DNA from: Holophagales bacterium
GTDB lineage: Bacteria; Acidobacteriota; Thermoanaerobaculia; Multivoradales; UBA5704
DNA length: 64,000 bases
Assembly (NCBI GenBank): GCA_031390755.1
Contig: JANMTS010000035.1
Location: forward strand, 28,758 to 92,757
Direction: 5' to 3'
Part shown: positions 1 to 9,300 of the stretch, in pieces
How the letters are laid out: the number at the start of each line of letters is the position of its first letter
Numbering within the stretch: the first letter of the stretch is position 1
Notes under the pieces: model-generated
Told to the model about the DNA's origin: nothing
Databases searched by the model: none
The model's input: the letters and a program-made list of their open reading frames with translations, nothing else
Translations under genes and position numbers: made by a program

Positions 1-414
1 CGTGGGCCGGCCGTAGTCGTCTCCCACCAGGAAGCAGCCGATCCGCCCGATGGCATAGCCCAGGGCGAGCGCGAGGGACGCGACATCGGCCAGGCCCCAG
101 CGGAACAGGTTCCGCTTGTACATCGTGAACAGCACCGCCGCCGCGCCGAGCAGGAAGCCGCCGTACCAGACCAGCCCCGAGCGGTCGAACAGCAGGTGCC
201 AGTCCTTGTTGAGGATGGCGTAGTAGGCCTTGGCGCCGACGATCCCGCCCACACCCGCGGCGAAGACCAGCGCGCTGGCGTCCTCGTCGTCGCCGATCCC
301 CAGGCGGCGCATGCCGGAGAGGAGCTGGACGTAACTGCCGAGGAACGCGAAGACCAGCAGAACCCCAAAGGGGCTGATGGCAAAGGAACCGATGCGGAAA
401 AGCTCCTGGATCAT
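1..414 (-). CDS. lgt: Prolipoprotein diacylglyceryl transferase Lgt, N-terminal part (3' end beyond window start)
   Basis: Manual minus-strand translation from ATG at 414..412 gives MIQELFRIGSFAISPFGVLLVFAFLGSY...GLVWYGGFLLGAAAVLF...LGYAIGRIGCFLVGDDYG. It is hydrophobic, and the IGPF..YG N-terminus and GR(I/W)GxF(L/M)NxxxYG motif are typical of Lgt. It has no stop inside the window, so it is absent from the ORF track. Confidence 0.6.
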   Translation of the reverse strand, partial: MIQELFRIGSFAISPFGVLLVFAFLGSYVQLLSGMRRLGIGDDEDASALVFAAGVGGIVGAKAYYAILNKDWHLLFDRSGLVWYGGFLLGAAAVLFTMYKRNLFRWGLADVASLALALGYAIGRIGCFLVGDDYGRPT

Positions 415-440
415 AGGCGGCGGAATCCTAGCACGCCTGC

Positions 441-1358
441 CTAGGATCGCGGGTGAAAGCGGTCGTAGAGGCTCTTCAGGCGTTCCTGATGGATGTGGGT
501 GTAGATCTGGGTGGTGGAGATGTCGGCGTGGCCGAGCATGGCCTGGACCGCGCGGAGATCGGCGCCGTGCTCCAGAAGGTGGGTCGCGAAGCTGTGCCGC
601 AGCACGTGGGGAGACAGGTCGCGGATTCCCGTCTTGACGCCGTAGGCCTTGAGGTTCTTCCAGAAGCCCATGCGGGTCATGCCATGGCCGACGGAGTTCA
701 CGAACACCGTCTGGTGCCGCCCCTCCGCCAGGTCCGGCCGCACGTCGCGCAGGTAGCGCTTCACCCAGTGCTCGGCCTGCTCCCCCACCGGCACGACGCG
801 CTCCTTGCTCCCCTTCCCGAACGCCACCAGGAAGCCGACGTCCAGGCGGAGCTGCGGGATCTGAAGCCCCACCAGCTCGCTGACCCGCAGGCCCGTGGCG
901 TACAGAAGCTCCAGCATGGCGCGGTCGCGGAGGCCGAGCGGCGTCGCTACGTCGGGCGCGGCCAAAAGAGACTCGATCTGGGCCTCGGTGAGAACCTTGG
1001 GCAGCGTCTTGAACAGCTTGGGAGGAAGAAGGTTGACGGCTGGGTCGTCGGCACGCTCTTCGGTGTCGACGAGATGCGTGTAGAAGCCGCGGATGGCGGA
1101 GAGCGCCCGCGTCATCGAGCGCGGCGCGAGGCCCTGCCGCCGGAGGTCACGCATGTGGGCGGCGAGGGCGGCGGCGTCCGCCGTGAGGAGGTCCGCGCCA
1201 CCCTTGAGGGCCAGCGACTCGCCGAGACGGGTCAGGTCGTTGCGGTAGCCGTCGACCGTGTTCTTCGAGAGACCGCGTTCGACGGAAAGACCCTCCAGGT
1301 AGAGCCGGAGGGCCCGTTTCCAGGGGGGCTGGGGAGCTGGGGGGGAGGCCTGAGACAT
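441..1358 (-). CDS. xerD: Tyrosine site-specific recombinase XerD (chromosome dimer resolution)
   Basis: 305-aa ORF. It has strong XerD-like blocks: LRDRAMLELLYATGLRVSELVGL and KLSPHVLRHSFATHLLEHGADLRAVQAMLGHADISTTQIYTH (the R..HxxR..Y catalytic region). The C-terminal ERLKSLYDRFHP is XerD-like. Confidence 0.8.
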   Translation of the reverse strand: MSQASPPAPQPPWKRALRLYLEGLSVERGLSKNTVDGYRNDLTRLGESLALKGGADLLTADAAALAAHMRDLRRQGLAPRSMTRALSAIRGFYTHLVDTEERADDPAVNLLPPKLFKTLPKVLTEAQIESLLAAPDVATPLGLRDRAMLELLYATGLRVSELVGLQIPQLRLDVGFLVAFGKGSKERVVPVGEQAEHWVKRYLRDVRPDLAEGRHQTVFVNSVGHGMTRMGFWKNLKAYGVKTGIRDLSPHVLRHSFATHLLEHGADLRAVQAMLGHADISTTQIYTHIHQERLKSLYDRFHPRS

Positions 1359-1377
1359 TCTTCGATCGCCGGCGCGC

Positions 1378-1436
1378 TTTTCCCTCTCTCCCCCGGCACG
1401 GGGGAGAGGGCCGGGGAGAGGGGGAATGGGATCAAA
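1378..1436. repeat. REP-like element family 1 (hairpin ccctctctcccccg/cgggggagaggg followed by GGGGAATGGGATCAAAAC); intergenic between leuA-like stop and xerD start
   Basis: Inverted repeat seen directly. A near-identical 3' half (GGGGAGAATGGGATCAATCC) recurs at 44665..44720 in another convergent intergenic spacer. Confidence 0.5.
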
Positions 1437-2664
1437 ACCTTTTGCAGATGGCCAGAACTTCCGCCTCTTCGAGTGTGCAGTCCGCGGCCTTGGCGTGCTG
1501 GAAGATCGCCTGCACCAGCTCGGGGCCGGCCGCGATCCCCCGCTCCTGGAGCCAGTACAGCACGTTCGACTCGCCGCTCATCGGGCCGATCTCGATGATC
1601 TGGTGTCCGCCGATCAGGCTCGCCGGCACCGACGAGTAGATCCGGTCCGCCAGCCACTCCTCGCCACGCGCGCGGGCCTTGATGATCGCCGCCGCGTGGA
1701 CACCCGTGCCGGTGCGGAAGGCATCGCGGCCCACCACCGGATAGTTGTCCGGCAGCGGCACGCCGGTCTTGTCGGCCACCAGCTGGCAGTACTCCTTGAG
1801 CTTGGTCAGATCGCGGTCGATCCACCCCAGGAGCTGCATGTTGACCAGCAGCACGTCGATCGGGCAGTTGCCCACCCGCTCGCCGATGCCCACGGCCGTG
1901 CCGTGGAGACGGTCGGCGCCGGCCTCGGCCGCAGCCAGGGCGTTGATGACCGACAGGCCGCGGTCCTTGTGACCGTGCCAGTCGACCTTCACGTCTTCCC
2001 CCGTGGCATCGACCACGCTGCGGATGAAGCGGATCACGGCGCGCGCCCCGTTCGGCGTGGAGTGACCGACGGTGTCGGCCACGCACACCCGGCGGGCGCC
2101 GGCTTCCACGGCCTCGGTGTAGAGGCGGCGCAGATCGTCCGGCTTGGCGCGGGTCGTGTCTTCGGTGACGTACATCACCGGCAGCCCCTCCCCCACCGCG
2201 TACTCAACGGCCTCGCGGGTCAGGCGGAGCATCTTGTCGAGCGTCCACCCTTCCGCGTACTGGCGGATCGGGGACGAGCCGATGAAGCAGGAGGCCTCGA
2301 TGGCGAGGCCGGTCCTCTGCGCGATCTCCACGATCGGCTTGATGTCCGCGATCACGGTGCGGGCGGCGCAGTTGGGGAAGATCGGCAGCTTCTGATCCAC
2401 GATCTCGCGGGCGAGCCGCTCGACGTCCCGGACCACGTGCGGACCGGCGCCTGGCAGCCCGAGGTCGGCCGACTCGATGCCCAGATCCGCCATGAGGTGG
2501 AGCATGCGCAGCTTGTCCTCGATGACGGGCGAGCGGACGGACGGCGATTGCAGCCCGTCGCGCAGCGTCTCGTCGTCGAGCTCCACCCGGCCGCGGCCCG
2601 GCCGGAGGTCCGGCCCTTCGGCCCGGTTCCAGTCGTAGATCAGCTCAGACTCACTGGGTTGCAT
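1432..2664 (-). CDS. 2-isopropylmalate synthase / homocitrate synthase family protein (DRE-TIM metallolyase, LeuA-like, short form without the C-terminal regulatory domain)
   Basis: 410 aa. Motifs LDDETLRDGLQ, HGHKDRGLSVINALAAAEAGADRLHGTAVGIGERVGNCPIDVLL (HxH metal site plus GERxGN), N-terminus YDWNRAEGP as in actinobacterial-type LeuA. Lies immediately downstream of the leuB-like gene. Confidence 0.7.
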   Translation of the reverse strand: MQPSESELIYDWNRAEGPDLRPGRGRVELDDETLRDGLQSPSVRSPVIEDKLRMLHLMADLGIESADLGLPGAGPHVVRDVERLAREIVDQKLPIFPNCAARTVIADIKPIVEIAQRTGLAIEASCFIGSSPIRQYAEGWTLDKMLRLTREAVEYAVGEGLPVMYVTEDTTRAKPDDLRRLYTEAVEAGARRVCVADTVGHSTPNGARAVIRFIRSVVDATGEDVKVDWHGHKDRGLSVINALAAAEAGADRLHGTAVGIGERVGNCPIDVLLVNMQLLGWIDRDLTKLKEYCQLVADKTGVPLPDNYPVVGRDAFRTGTGVHAAAIIKARARGEEWLADRIYSSVPASLIGGHQIIEIGPMSGESNVLYWLQERGIAAGPELVQAIFQHAKAADCTLEEAEVLAICKRF

Positions 2665-2696
2665 CTCTCTAACCTCCGCTCGGCTCGGGTGTCGGC

Positions 2697-3782
2697 CTAT
2701 TTTACCGCCACAGCCCGCGCGATCAGGTCGCCGACCTGCGAGGTCGTGAGAGAGCCGCCCAGATCGGGAGTGGTCTGCCCCTCTTCAAAGGTCCTGGTCA
2801 TGGCGTCGTCCACGGCCTTCGCCGCGGCTTCATGCCCCAGGTAGTCCAGCATCAGGGCCGCCGAGAGGATGGCGCCGGCGGGGTTCGCCTTGCCGGTGCC
2901 GGCGTACTTCGGAGCCGAGCCGTGGACCGGCTCGAACATCGAGGTCTGTCCGGGATGGAGGTTAGCCGACGCCGCCACGCCCAGGCCGCCCTGGAGGGCT
3001 GCGCCGAGGTCGGTGACGATGTCGCCGAACATGTTGTTGGTCACGATGACGTCGAAGCTCTGCGGGCTCTTGACCATTTGCATGGTCAGCGCGTCGACGA
3101 ACAGGTGGCGCGATTCGATCTGCGGGTACTCGGCGCCGACCTCGGCGAACACGCGCTGCCACAGGTCGTGGCCATAGCGCATGACGTTCGACTTGTCGCT
3201 CATGCACACCTCGCGGCGGCCGTGCGACACGGCGTACTCGAAGGCGGCGCGGATGATCCGCTCCACGCCCTTGCGGGTGTGGATCTCTTCCTGGACGGCG
3301 ACCTCGTCGGCGGTGCCCTTCTTGAAATTGCCGCCCACGTTCACGTAGGCGCCTTCGGTGTTCTCGCGGAAGACCACGAAGTCGATGTCCTTCTTGGTGC
3401 GGTCCTTGAGCGGGCAGAGGCGGTCGGCGTAGAGCTTGACCGGCCGGAGGTTGATGTAGAGGTCGAGTCCGAAGCGGATGCCGAGGAGGATGTCCGCGGC
3501 GTGCTTCATGTCCGGCACCCGGGGATCCCCGTAGGCGCCGATGAAGATGGAAGCGTAGTTTTGACGGAAATCCTCAAGCGCACCGGCCGGCAGCGTCTCG
3601 CCCGTGGCGAGGTAGCGGTCGGCGTCCCAGTCCAGATGGACCAGCTCGAGAGGAAGGCTCCAGGTCTCGGCGGCAGCCTCGAGAACCTTGACCGCTTCCA
3701 CGGTCACGTCCTTGCCGGTGCCGTCACCAGGCAGGACCGCAATGCGCTGCGGCCGGCGATCTTTGGGGTGGACGATGCTCAT
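2697..3782 (-). CDS. 3-isopropylmalate dehydrogenase family protein (LeuB / tartrate dehydrogenase-like beta-decarboxylating dehydrogenase)
   Basis: True start is the internal ATG at 3782..3780 (MSIVHPKDRRPQRIAVLPGDGTGKDV...). Motifs NMFGDIVTDLGAALQGGLGVAASANL and SAPKYAGTGKANP are present. The 679-aa ORF in the track is a spurious N-terminal extension. A 4-bp ATGA overlap joins it to the upstream gene. Confidence 0.75.
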   Translation of the reverse strand: MSIVHPKDRRPQRIAVLPGDGTGKDVTVEAVKVLEAAAETWSLPLELVHLDWDADRYLATGETLPAGALEDFRQNYASIFIGAYGDPRVPDMKHAADILLGIRFGLDLYINLRPVKLYADRLCPLKDRTKKDIDFVVFRENTEGAYVNVGGNFKKGTADEVAVQEEIHTRKGVERIIRAAFEYAVSHGRREVCMSDKSNVMRYGHDLWQRVFAEVGAEYPQIESRHLFVDALTMQMVKSPQSFDVIVTNNMFGDIVTDLGAALQGGLGVAASANLHPGQTSMFEPVHGSAPKYAGTGKANPAGAILSAALMLDYLGHEAAAKAVDDAMTRTFEEGQTTPDLGGSLTTSQVGDLIARAVAVK

Positions 3783-4714
3783 GCGGCGGATGCTAGCACG
3801 AGCCCGGGGCGTCCCTCGCCAGAGGAATCGTCCTCGCAACTCGTTCGCATCGTCCGCAACGATCTCAACGCGGCCTTCGTCCGCCAAGCCTCCACCACCC
3901 GCCCCGCCGCCGGCTGCGGCATCCCGCGCGACATCGTCATCTCCCGGGGAGCCGGCGCGAGGTCGAACACGAACGGGACCTCCGGGCACAGCCAGGCCGA
4001 GTGCAGGGCCGGCCACTGCAGCCCCTTCGCCGGTAGCCCCGGCAGGCCCGGCAGCCGGAACCACTGGGGCAGGCACGCCTCGCCGTCGATCTCGGCCCGC
4101 AGCGGCCAGACCTGCGCCGCCGGCCGCTTCATCTCGACCCGGCGCGCCGGACCGCCGTTGTTCTCTGCGTAGCCCCGCGGGCGGATCTGGAAGTACCGCA
4201 CGGTCTCTTCCCAGGAGCCCAGCCGCGGTCCGGTGATCGGCGAGGGGATGGCCGAGCCGTCGCGCCAGGCCCGGATGTCCAGGGCCCCTCCGCGCTCCAC
4301 CCGCCAGCGCCAGGGGCCGTCCCCCAGGTCGACCGACGGCCGCGGGAAGCGCAGCCGCGCCGAGGACGCCGGCTGGTGTCCCATCAGCCGGACCCCGGGA
4401 GCCATCCAGCCCGGCATCAGCATCCGCCGGAAGAGCACCGAGGGGACGCCGTCGGCATCCACGACATGGAGACGGAGGTTGAGTTGCGGAAAGCTGACCT
4501 GGAAGAGGGGCAGGGCGGAAAAGCGGATCGCGTCCTGGTGGAACAGGAGGGCCGAGGCGAACACCCAGTCCCGCCCCTCCCACGCATGAAGCTGATAGCG
4601 CAGCGGCGCCGGAGGCGCAGGCAGAATCTCCAAGGGGAGAGCCCAGTTCAGGTACAGGCAGTCTCGCACCATCATCCTCAGCCTCATCGAAGTCGCCGCC
4701 CCTCGCGGAACCAT
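3779..4714 (-). CDS. Conserved hypothetical protein (DUF2071/COG3361-like), translationally coupled to the leuB-like gene
   Basis: 311-aa ORF with protein-like composition (..LYLNWALPLEILP..LHAWEGRDWVFASALLFHQDAIRF..). Its stop TGA overlaps the leuB-like ATG (ATGA). The family assignment is from memory only. Confidence 0.45.
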   Translation of the reverse strand: MVPRGAATSMRLRMMVRDCLYLNWALPLEILPAPPAPLRYQLHAWEGRDWVFASALLFHQDAIRFSALPLFQVSFPQLNLRLHVVDADGVPSVLFRRMLMPGWMAPGVRLMGHQPASSARLRFPRPSVDLGDGPWRWRVERGGALDIRAWRDGSAIPSPITGPRLGSWEETVRYFQIRPRGYAENNGGPARRVEMKRPAAQVWPLRAEIDGEACLPQWFRLPGLPGLPAKGLQWPALHSAWLCPEVPFVFDLAPAPREMTMSRGMPQPAAGRVVEAWRTKAALRSLRTMRTSCEDDSSGEGRPGLVLASAA

Positions 4715-4793
4715 AGCACGGCCGGGAAGGGGCCATCGGAGCCGTCTGTTAAAGTGGACGGCCGGACAACGTCACCGTCATGGAGGTTTTCCT

Positions 4794-6479
4794 TTGAAAG
4801 TACGGAACAGATGGATTCAACGAGGGTTGACACCGCTTCTCGCGCTGGCGCTCCCCGCCGGGCTCGCCGCCCAGACGAGCCCGACGGTCGGCAACACCGC
4901 GGTCGAGCGCGCCACCCAGACGATCAACCGCCACGCCATCGAGGGGCCGATCCGCTTCCTCGCCGACGATCTGCTCGAAGGCCGCGGGCCCGCCAGCCGG
5001 GGCGACAGCCTGACCCAGCTCTATCTCGCCAGCACGCTCCAGACCCTCGGCTACGAGCCGGGCGGCGAGAACGGCACCTACTTTCAGTCCTTCGACATCG
5101 TGGGGATGGACTCGACGGTGCCCGACACCTGGGGGTTCAGCAAGGGCGGCCAGAGCGTCTCCCTCAAGAAGTGGGACGAGTTCATCGCCGCCAGCGGAGT
5201 GCAAAAGGACCAGTCCGTGCTCAAGGACGCGGAGCTCGTCTTCGTGGGTTACGGCATCCAGGCTCCGGAGTACCAATGGGACGACTTCAAGGGCATGAAC
5301 CTCAAGGGCAAGATCCTGGTCATGCTCAACAACGATCCCGACTGGGATCCCAAGCTCTTCGAAGGCAACCGCCGGCTCTACTACGGCCGTTGGACCTACA
5401 AGTACGAGAGCGCGGCCCGGCAGGGCGCTGCCGGCGCCATCATCATCCACACGACTCCTTCGGCTGGCTATGGCTGGCAGGTGATCCAGACCTCCTGGAC
5501 CGGCGAGCAGTTCGAGCTGCCCGCGGAAAACGAGCCGAGGCTCCAGGTCGCGGCCTGGACGACCGAGGACGCGGCGCGGCAGCTCGCCAAGCTGGGCGGC
5601 CAGGATCTCGACGCCCTGATCAAGCAGGCCCGGAGCCGTGACTTCAAGCCCGTGCCGCTCGGCGTGACCAGCTCCCTCACGCTCCAGAACAAGATCTCGC
5701 GCAAGAAGACCGGTAACGTGGCGGGCCTCCTGCGCGGCAGCGATCCCAAGCTCAAGGACGAGGTCGTCATCTACACCGCCCACCACGACCACCTCGGTAT
5801 CGGCGAGCCGGACAAGGCCGGCGACGCCATCTACAACGGCGCCCTGGACAACGCCGCCGGCTCCGCGCTGATCCTGGCCATCGCCAAGGGCTTCGCGGCG
5901 CTGCCGGAGCCGCCGAAGCGGTCGATCCTCATCCTCTTCGTGGCTGCCGAGGAGCAGGGGCTGCTCGGCTCCGGCTACTACGCCCGGCATCCGACCTTCC
6001 CCCCAGGGAAGATCGCGGCGAACGTGAACTTCGACGGCGGCAACATCTGGGGTCGTTCGGAGGAGCTGGCCTTCATCGGCCTGGGCAAGTCGTCCCTGGA
6101 CTCGATCGTGAAGTCTCTGGCGGCGAAGCAGGGCCGCGCCGTGGTCGGAGACCAGTTTCCGGACAAGGGCTTCTTCTACCGTTCCGACCAGCTGAGCTTC
6201 GCGCGGATCGGCGTGCCGGCGATCTACTTCGACACCGGCACGAAGTTCCGGGACCGTCCGGCGGACTGGGGCAAGGAGACCCTGGAGGCCTGGGAGGCCG
6301 CCAACTACCACCAGCCGAGCGACCAGCTGACCGCGGACTGGAACTTCGACGGCATGATCGAGGACGCCCACCTGGGCTTCCTGGCCGGCCTGGAGATCGC
6401 AAACGCGGCCCAGCTTCCGACCTGGACTCCCGGCGACGAGTTCGAGGCCGCCCGCAAGGCAGCGCTCGGCGGGAAGTGA
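4794..6479 (+). CDS. Secreted M28-family aminopeptidase with PA domain
   Basis: 561 aa with an N-terminal signal peptide (LLALALPAGLAAQ). Motifs HHDHLG, NGALDNAAGSALILAIAK and FVAAEEQGLLGS (Zn ligands of M28), plus the PA-domain region KGKILVMLNNDPD. Confidence 0.8.
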   Translation: MKVRNRWIQRGLTPLLALALPAGLAAQTSPTVGNTAVERATQTINRHAIEGPIRFLADDLLEGRGPASRGDSLTQLYLASTLQTLGYEPGGENGTYFQSFDIVGMDSTVPDTWGFSKGGQSVSLKKWDEFIAASGVQKDQSVLKDAELVFVGYGIQAPEYQWDDFKGMNLKGKILVMLNNDPDWDPKLFEGNRRLYYGRWTYKYESAARQGAAGAIIIHTTPSAGYGWQVIQTSWTGEQFELPAENEPRLQVAAWTTEDAARQLAKLGGQDLDALIKQARSRDFKPVPLGVTSSLTLQNKISRKKTGNVAGLLRGSDPKLKDEVVIYTAHHDHLGIGEPDKAGDAIYNGALDNAAGSALILAIAKGFAALPEPPKRSILILFVAAEEQGLLGSGYYARHPTFPPGKIAANVNFDGGNIWGRSEELAFIGLGKSSLDSIVKSLAAKQGRAVVGDQFPDKGFFYRSDQLSFARIGVPAIYFDTGTKFRDRPADWGKETLEAWEAANYHQPSDQLTADWNFDGMIEDAHLGFLAGLEIANAAQLPTWTPGDEFEAARKAALGGK

Positions 6480-6550
6480 GATTTCGCCGCGGGACCAAAC
6501 ATTCCCCCGCGGCCCGTGTCTACAGACATTGGCATAGCGCCAACGCCTCG

Positions 6551-6593
6551 CCGGGAGAAGGGGGACGACCTCCCCTCCCGGCCCTTTTTTTGT
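6551..6593 (+). terminator. Putative rho-independent terminator after the M28 peptidase gene (GC hairpin ccgggagaaggggg..tcccctcccgg followed by T7)
   Basis: Hairpin plus ccctttttttg seen in sequence. It lies between convergent genes (ends 6479 and 6594). Confidence 0.45.
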
Positions 6594-8396
6594 CTACGGG
6601 ATCGACTGGATTTCGCGGACGATCCGGAAGCCGGTGTTCTTGTTGTTGCGGTCACGCCCGCGAGGGCTTCTGGTCGAGGGCTGACAGTTTACCGGGGAGG
6701 AATCGAAAGCGCCTCCTGCCCTGATGGGCTCGCCCTGACCGCCCATCAAGCCAAGGCTCGGTGGCTGGTCGACCCACTCCCACACGTTGCCGAGCATGTC
6801 GTAAAGACCCCAATCGCTATTGCGGAAGGTGCCGGTCGGAGCGAGCTCGCTGTAGTCGTCGCCACGCAGGCAGTTCCCTCCTTCGCCATCCCCTGGGCCA
6901 CGGGCGGCGTATTCCCATTCCTCTTTCGTGGGGAGCCTGTACGCATTCGTCTGCTCCAACGCGTTCAACCTGCGGAAGAAATCCTTCGTCTCTACATAGG
7001 TCACGCTCCCCATCGGCAGGTCGTCTCCGCGCGGCTCCATGTCCTTCGCCGTGTTGGTCCCCATGATCTCCTCCCACTGCTTCTGGCTCACTTCGGTAGT
7101 TCCCATGCAAAAGGGCCTCGGGATGGTAACTTCGATCGGCGGCTCACCTTTCTTGCCGGAGCCCATCAGAAACTTTCCTGCCGGGATCCATGCCATTTCC
7201 ATGTCGACACCTACAGGAGACGGGCAATGGTTCTTCCAGGGAGCCCACATCCAGATACCAATCGAGAGGGCCAGAACCGACACGGCGAAGCCGATTCTTG
7301 CCCAGGGAATGGGTGGCCGAAAAAGCCGTCCGTCGGCAGCCCCTAGAAACAGGACAGGGATCGCCCAGTCCAGATCCTTTCCATTTCGCCGGACGTAAAG
7401 CGATCGGCGCGCTTCAGTCACAGCACGGTCCACAGGAGAACCTTTCGCCAACTCGCGGTAGAACCGCGACGCAAAAACAACGGCTGAATCGTCAGGAATT
7501 CTGGCTTGCATGGCCACCACAGCCGGTATCTCTTCTCTAATGAGGTTCTGTGCAACTCCCGAGAAGCGGTCGTCTCGACCTGCGCAGGCCCCTTCGCAAG
7601 CATTGAGGATCACCAGCCTCATGGAGGGGTGGGCCCGGAGCACGAAGGCAAGCGTTGCTCCAGACACAGCCACCGAGGGTTCCTCGCTGTCGCGGAGCAG
7701 GAGAACGCCTTCTCCCGTCGGTGCGAGGGAGCCGTGCCCCATGAAATGGAGCACGTGGAAGACGCCCTGAGCCAGAGCTTCGGCAAGCTCAGAGAGCGTC
7801 GGATTGTCAAGGCGTTTGATGTCCAGCTTTCTCCTCTGGGCAAGTGGAGCGAGACCCTGCCTGATCTCATCCCACTCGGTCTCCACGTCGAGTGGAACCT
7901 GAGATGCCACGTTTGAAACGACGACGAGGATACTCAGGGGGCCGGCCATTCGGACCGTGTCGACAGGTTTTGGAGATCCCAGGTACCGTACGATCGGGCT
8001 TCGTCTCCTCAAAGCGAGGAAGTCCCGTGAATCGTGCAACAGCTCGACAGGCCAATCGGACGTATCCGCGGCGCCCGAGCGAAATCGAAGACGCAGGCCC
8101 TGGCCTCTCTTGAGCCCATGCAGGGCGAGAGCTCGAAGCAGCGCAACATCTCCTGAAAAGACCGAGTCGAAGAGCCTCCTGCCAACTCTCTGAGCTGTTA
8201 CAGCTCCAGATTTGGGGTCAGAGAAGGCCAATCGGACCTGATCTAGCTCTTCCGCAGAGAGGGGATTGGTGATCACCGCGGACTTCTCCACTCCATCAGG
8301 AAGATGTCCTTGAACGCGATACCCAAGGCCCGCAGGGTTGTGGGCGATGGAAAGAAAAAGATCCGCATACCTCCAGACGAGCCGCTTCTCAACCAT
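6594..8396 (-). CDS. CHAT-domain (caspase-like clan CD) protein fused through a TM helix to a C-terminal FGE-sulfatase (formylglycine-generating-enzyme / SUMF1-like) domain
   Basis: 600 aa. Has the CHAT His/Cys dyad context VLHFMGHGSL ... MRLVILNACEGACAG and a hydrophobic helix IGFAVSVLALSIGIWMWAPW. The C-terminal FGE-fold motifs are MAWIPAGKFLMGS, YRLPTKEEWEYAARG, GNVWEWV and GGAF. An 8-nt overlap joins it to the upstream ORF. Confidence 0.75.
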   Translation of the reverse strand: MVEKRLVWRYADLFLSIAHNPAGLGYRVQGHLPDGVEKSAVITNPLSAEELDQVRLAFSDPKSGAVTAQRVGRRLFDSVFSGDVALLRALALHGLKRGQGLRLRFRSGAADTSDWPVELLHDSRDFLALRRRSPIVRYLGSPKPVDTVRMAGPLSILVVVSNVASQVPLDVETEWDEIRQGLAPLAQRRKLDIKRLDNPTLSELAEALAQGVFHVLHFMGHGSLAPTGEGVLLLRDSEEPSVAVSGATLAFVLRAHPSMRLVILNACEGACAGRDDRFSGVAQNLIREEIPAVVAMQARIPDDSAVVFASRFYRELAKGSPVDRAVTEARRSLYVRRNGKDLDWAIPVLFLGAADGRLFRPPIPWARIGFAVSVLALSIGIWMWAPWKNHCPSPVGVDMEMAWIPAGKFLMGSGKKGEPPIEVTIPRPFCMGTTEVSQKQWEEIMGTNTAKDMEPRGDDLPMGSVTYVETKDFFRRLNALEQTNAYRLPTKEEWEYAARGPGDGEGGNCLRGDDYSELAPTGTFRNSDWGLYDMLGNVWEWVDQPPSLGLMGGQGEPIRAGGAFDSSPVNCQPSTRSPRGRDRNNKNTGFRIVREIQSIP

Positions 8397-9300
8397 CGTT
8401 CAGGCTCCACAGGACCGCTTCCCAGAAGTCCCGGACCATCGCGTTTTCGACGACCTCGACCTCCTCGCTGACCGACAGGAGAACCTCCCGGGCCTCCCGG
8501 TGGCGGCCACAGGTGCATAGCGCCGAGGCCGCACGTGCCGCGCACTCGACTCGATCGTCCACCTTGACGGCACAGCTCATCGCGGCGCGGAAGGACTCGG
8601 CCGCGGCCTCCCGCTCCCCCGCCTCTTCCTCCCGATGCCCGAGCCACATGCGAATCTCCAGAGCCAGCGCCCGCAGCGCATCCTGGGGAACCCGCTCCGA
8701 AGCCCGCATCGCTTCCGTCAGCGTGGCTGCCTTCCGGACTAGAGCGATGCACCGCCGACGGCGCTCGGGCTTCTCGTCCAGCAGAAGCATCACATTGCCC
8801 AGCTTGAACCGCAGCAGGATCGCCTCGTAGAGCGAAAACGTATCCTTCCCTGCCGTCGCTTCATGAGCCAGCGCGTAGAGGGCCGCCGCCTGGGGCAGGC
8901 TCCTGTCAGTCTCGAAAACCGCTTCGGCCAGCAGAAACGAATGCCGGCGGATGCGGTCGCGCTCGCCGGGAGGAAGGCCAAGCTGGTCGAGCCGTTCCCG
9001 CGCCGCGCCCTCCAAGAGATCCCGGAGCCGCGACAGATCGGAAGACTCCAGGTCCAACAGCTGATCGCCTTCGAGGTTCAAACGCTCCAGCACGGCTTCA
9101 GCCAGCTCCGAGCCCGACGCGTGGTTGGCCAGAGCGTCCCAGTAACCGTGCTCCATCTCCGTATCGGGAACCCGGCGCGGCCCGAGCCAGGCTCTCAGCG
9201 CTTTCAGCGTGCCGGTCATGTCTCCCGAGAGGAGACGGTCCCAGTCAGGAGAGGAGGCTGTGTGGAAGCCCTCCTGATGGTGGCCCTTTCCGTTCTGCAT
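8389..9300 (-). CDS. Hypothetical all-alpha (TPR-like?) protein inside the CHAT/peptidase operon
   Basis: 303-aa ORF with no recognisable motif. It is directly adjacent (no gap) to the upstream peptidase gene and overlaps the downstream CHAT-FGE gene. Confidence 0.5.
   Translation of the reverse strand: MQNGKGHHQEGFHTASSPDWDRLLSGDMTGTLKALRAWLGPRRVPDTEMEHGYWDALANHASGSELAEAVLERLNLEGDQLLDLESSDLSRLRDLLEGAARERLDQLGLPPGERDRIRRHSFLLAEAVFETDRSLPQAAALYALAHEATAGKDTFSLYEAILLRFKLGNVMLLLDEKPERRRRCIALVRKAATLTEAMRASERVPQDALRALALEIRMWLGHREEEAGEREAAAESFRAAMSCAVKVDDRVECAARAASALCTCGRHREAREVLLSVSEEVEVVENAMVRDFWEAVLWSLNDG

Noticed and set aside
453-1598. 381-aa plus-strand ORF antisense to xerD (and neighbours such as 196-444 and 377-637)
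   Set aside because: Arg/Gly/Ala-rich low-complexity translation on the opposite strand of a well-supported gene. This is the typical GC-rich antisense artefact.
1426-2844. 472-aa plus-strand ORF overlapping the leuA-like gene
   Set aside because: Antisense to a strongly supported CDS. It has no motifs and GC-artefact composition.
2697-4736. 679-aa ORF as a single gene
   Set aside because: Only the C-terminal 361 aa are LeuB-like. The upstream 318 aa are Ala/Gly/Pro/Arg noise in a different frame from the genuine DUF2071-like ORF (3779-4714), which is ATGA-coupled to the internal ATG.
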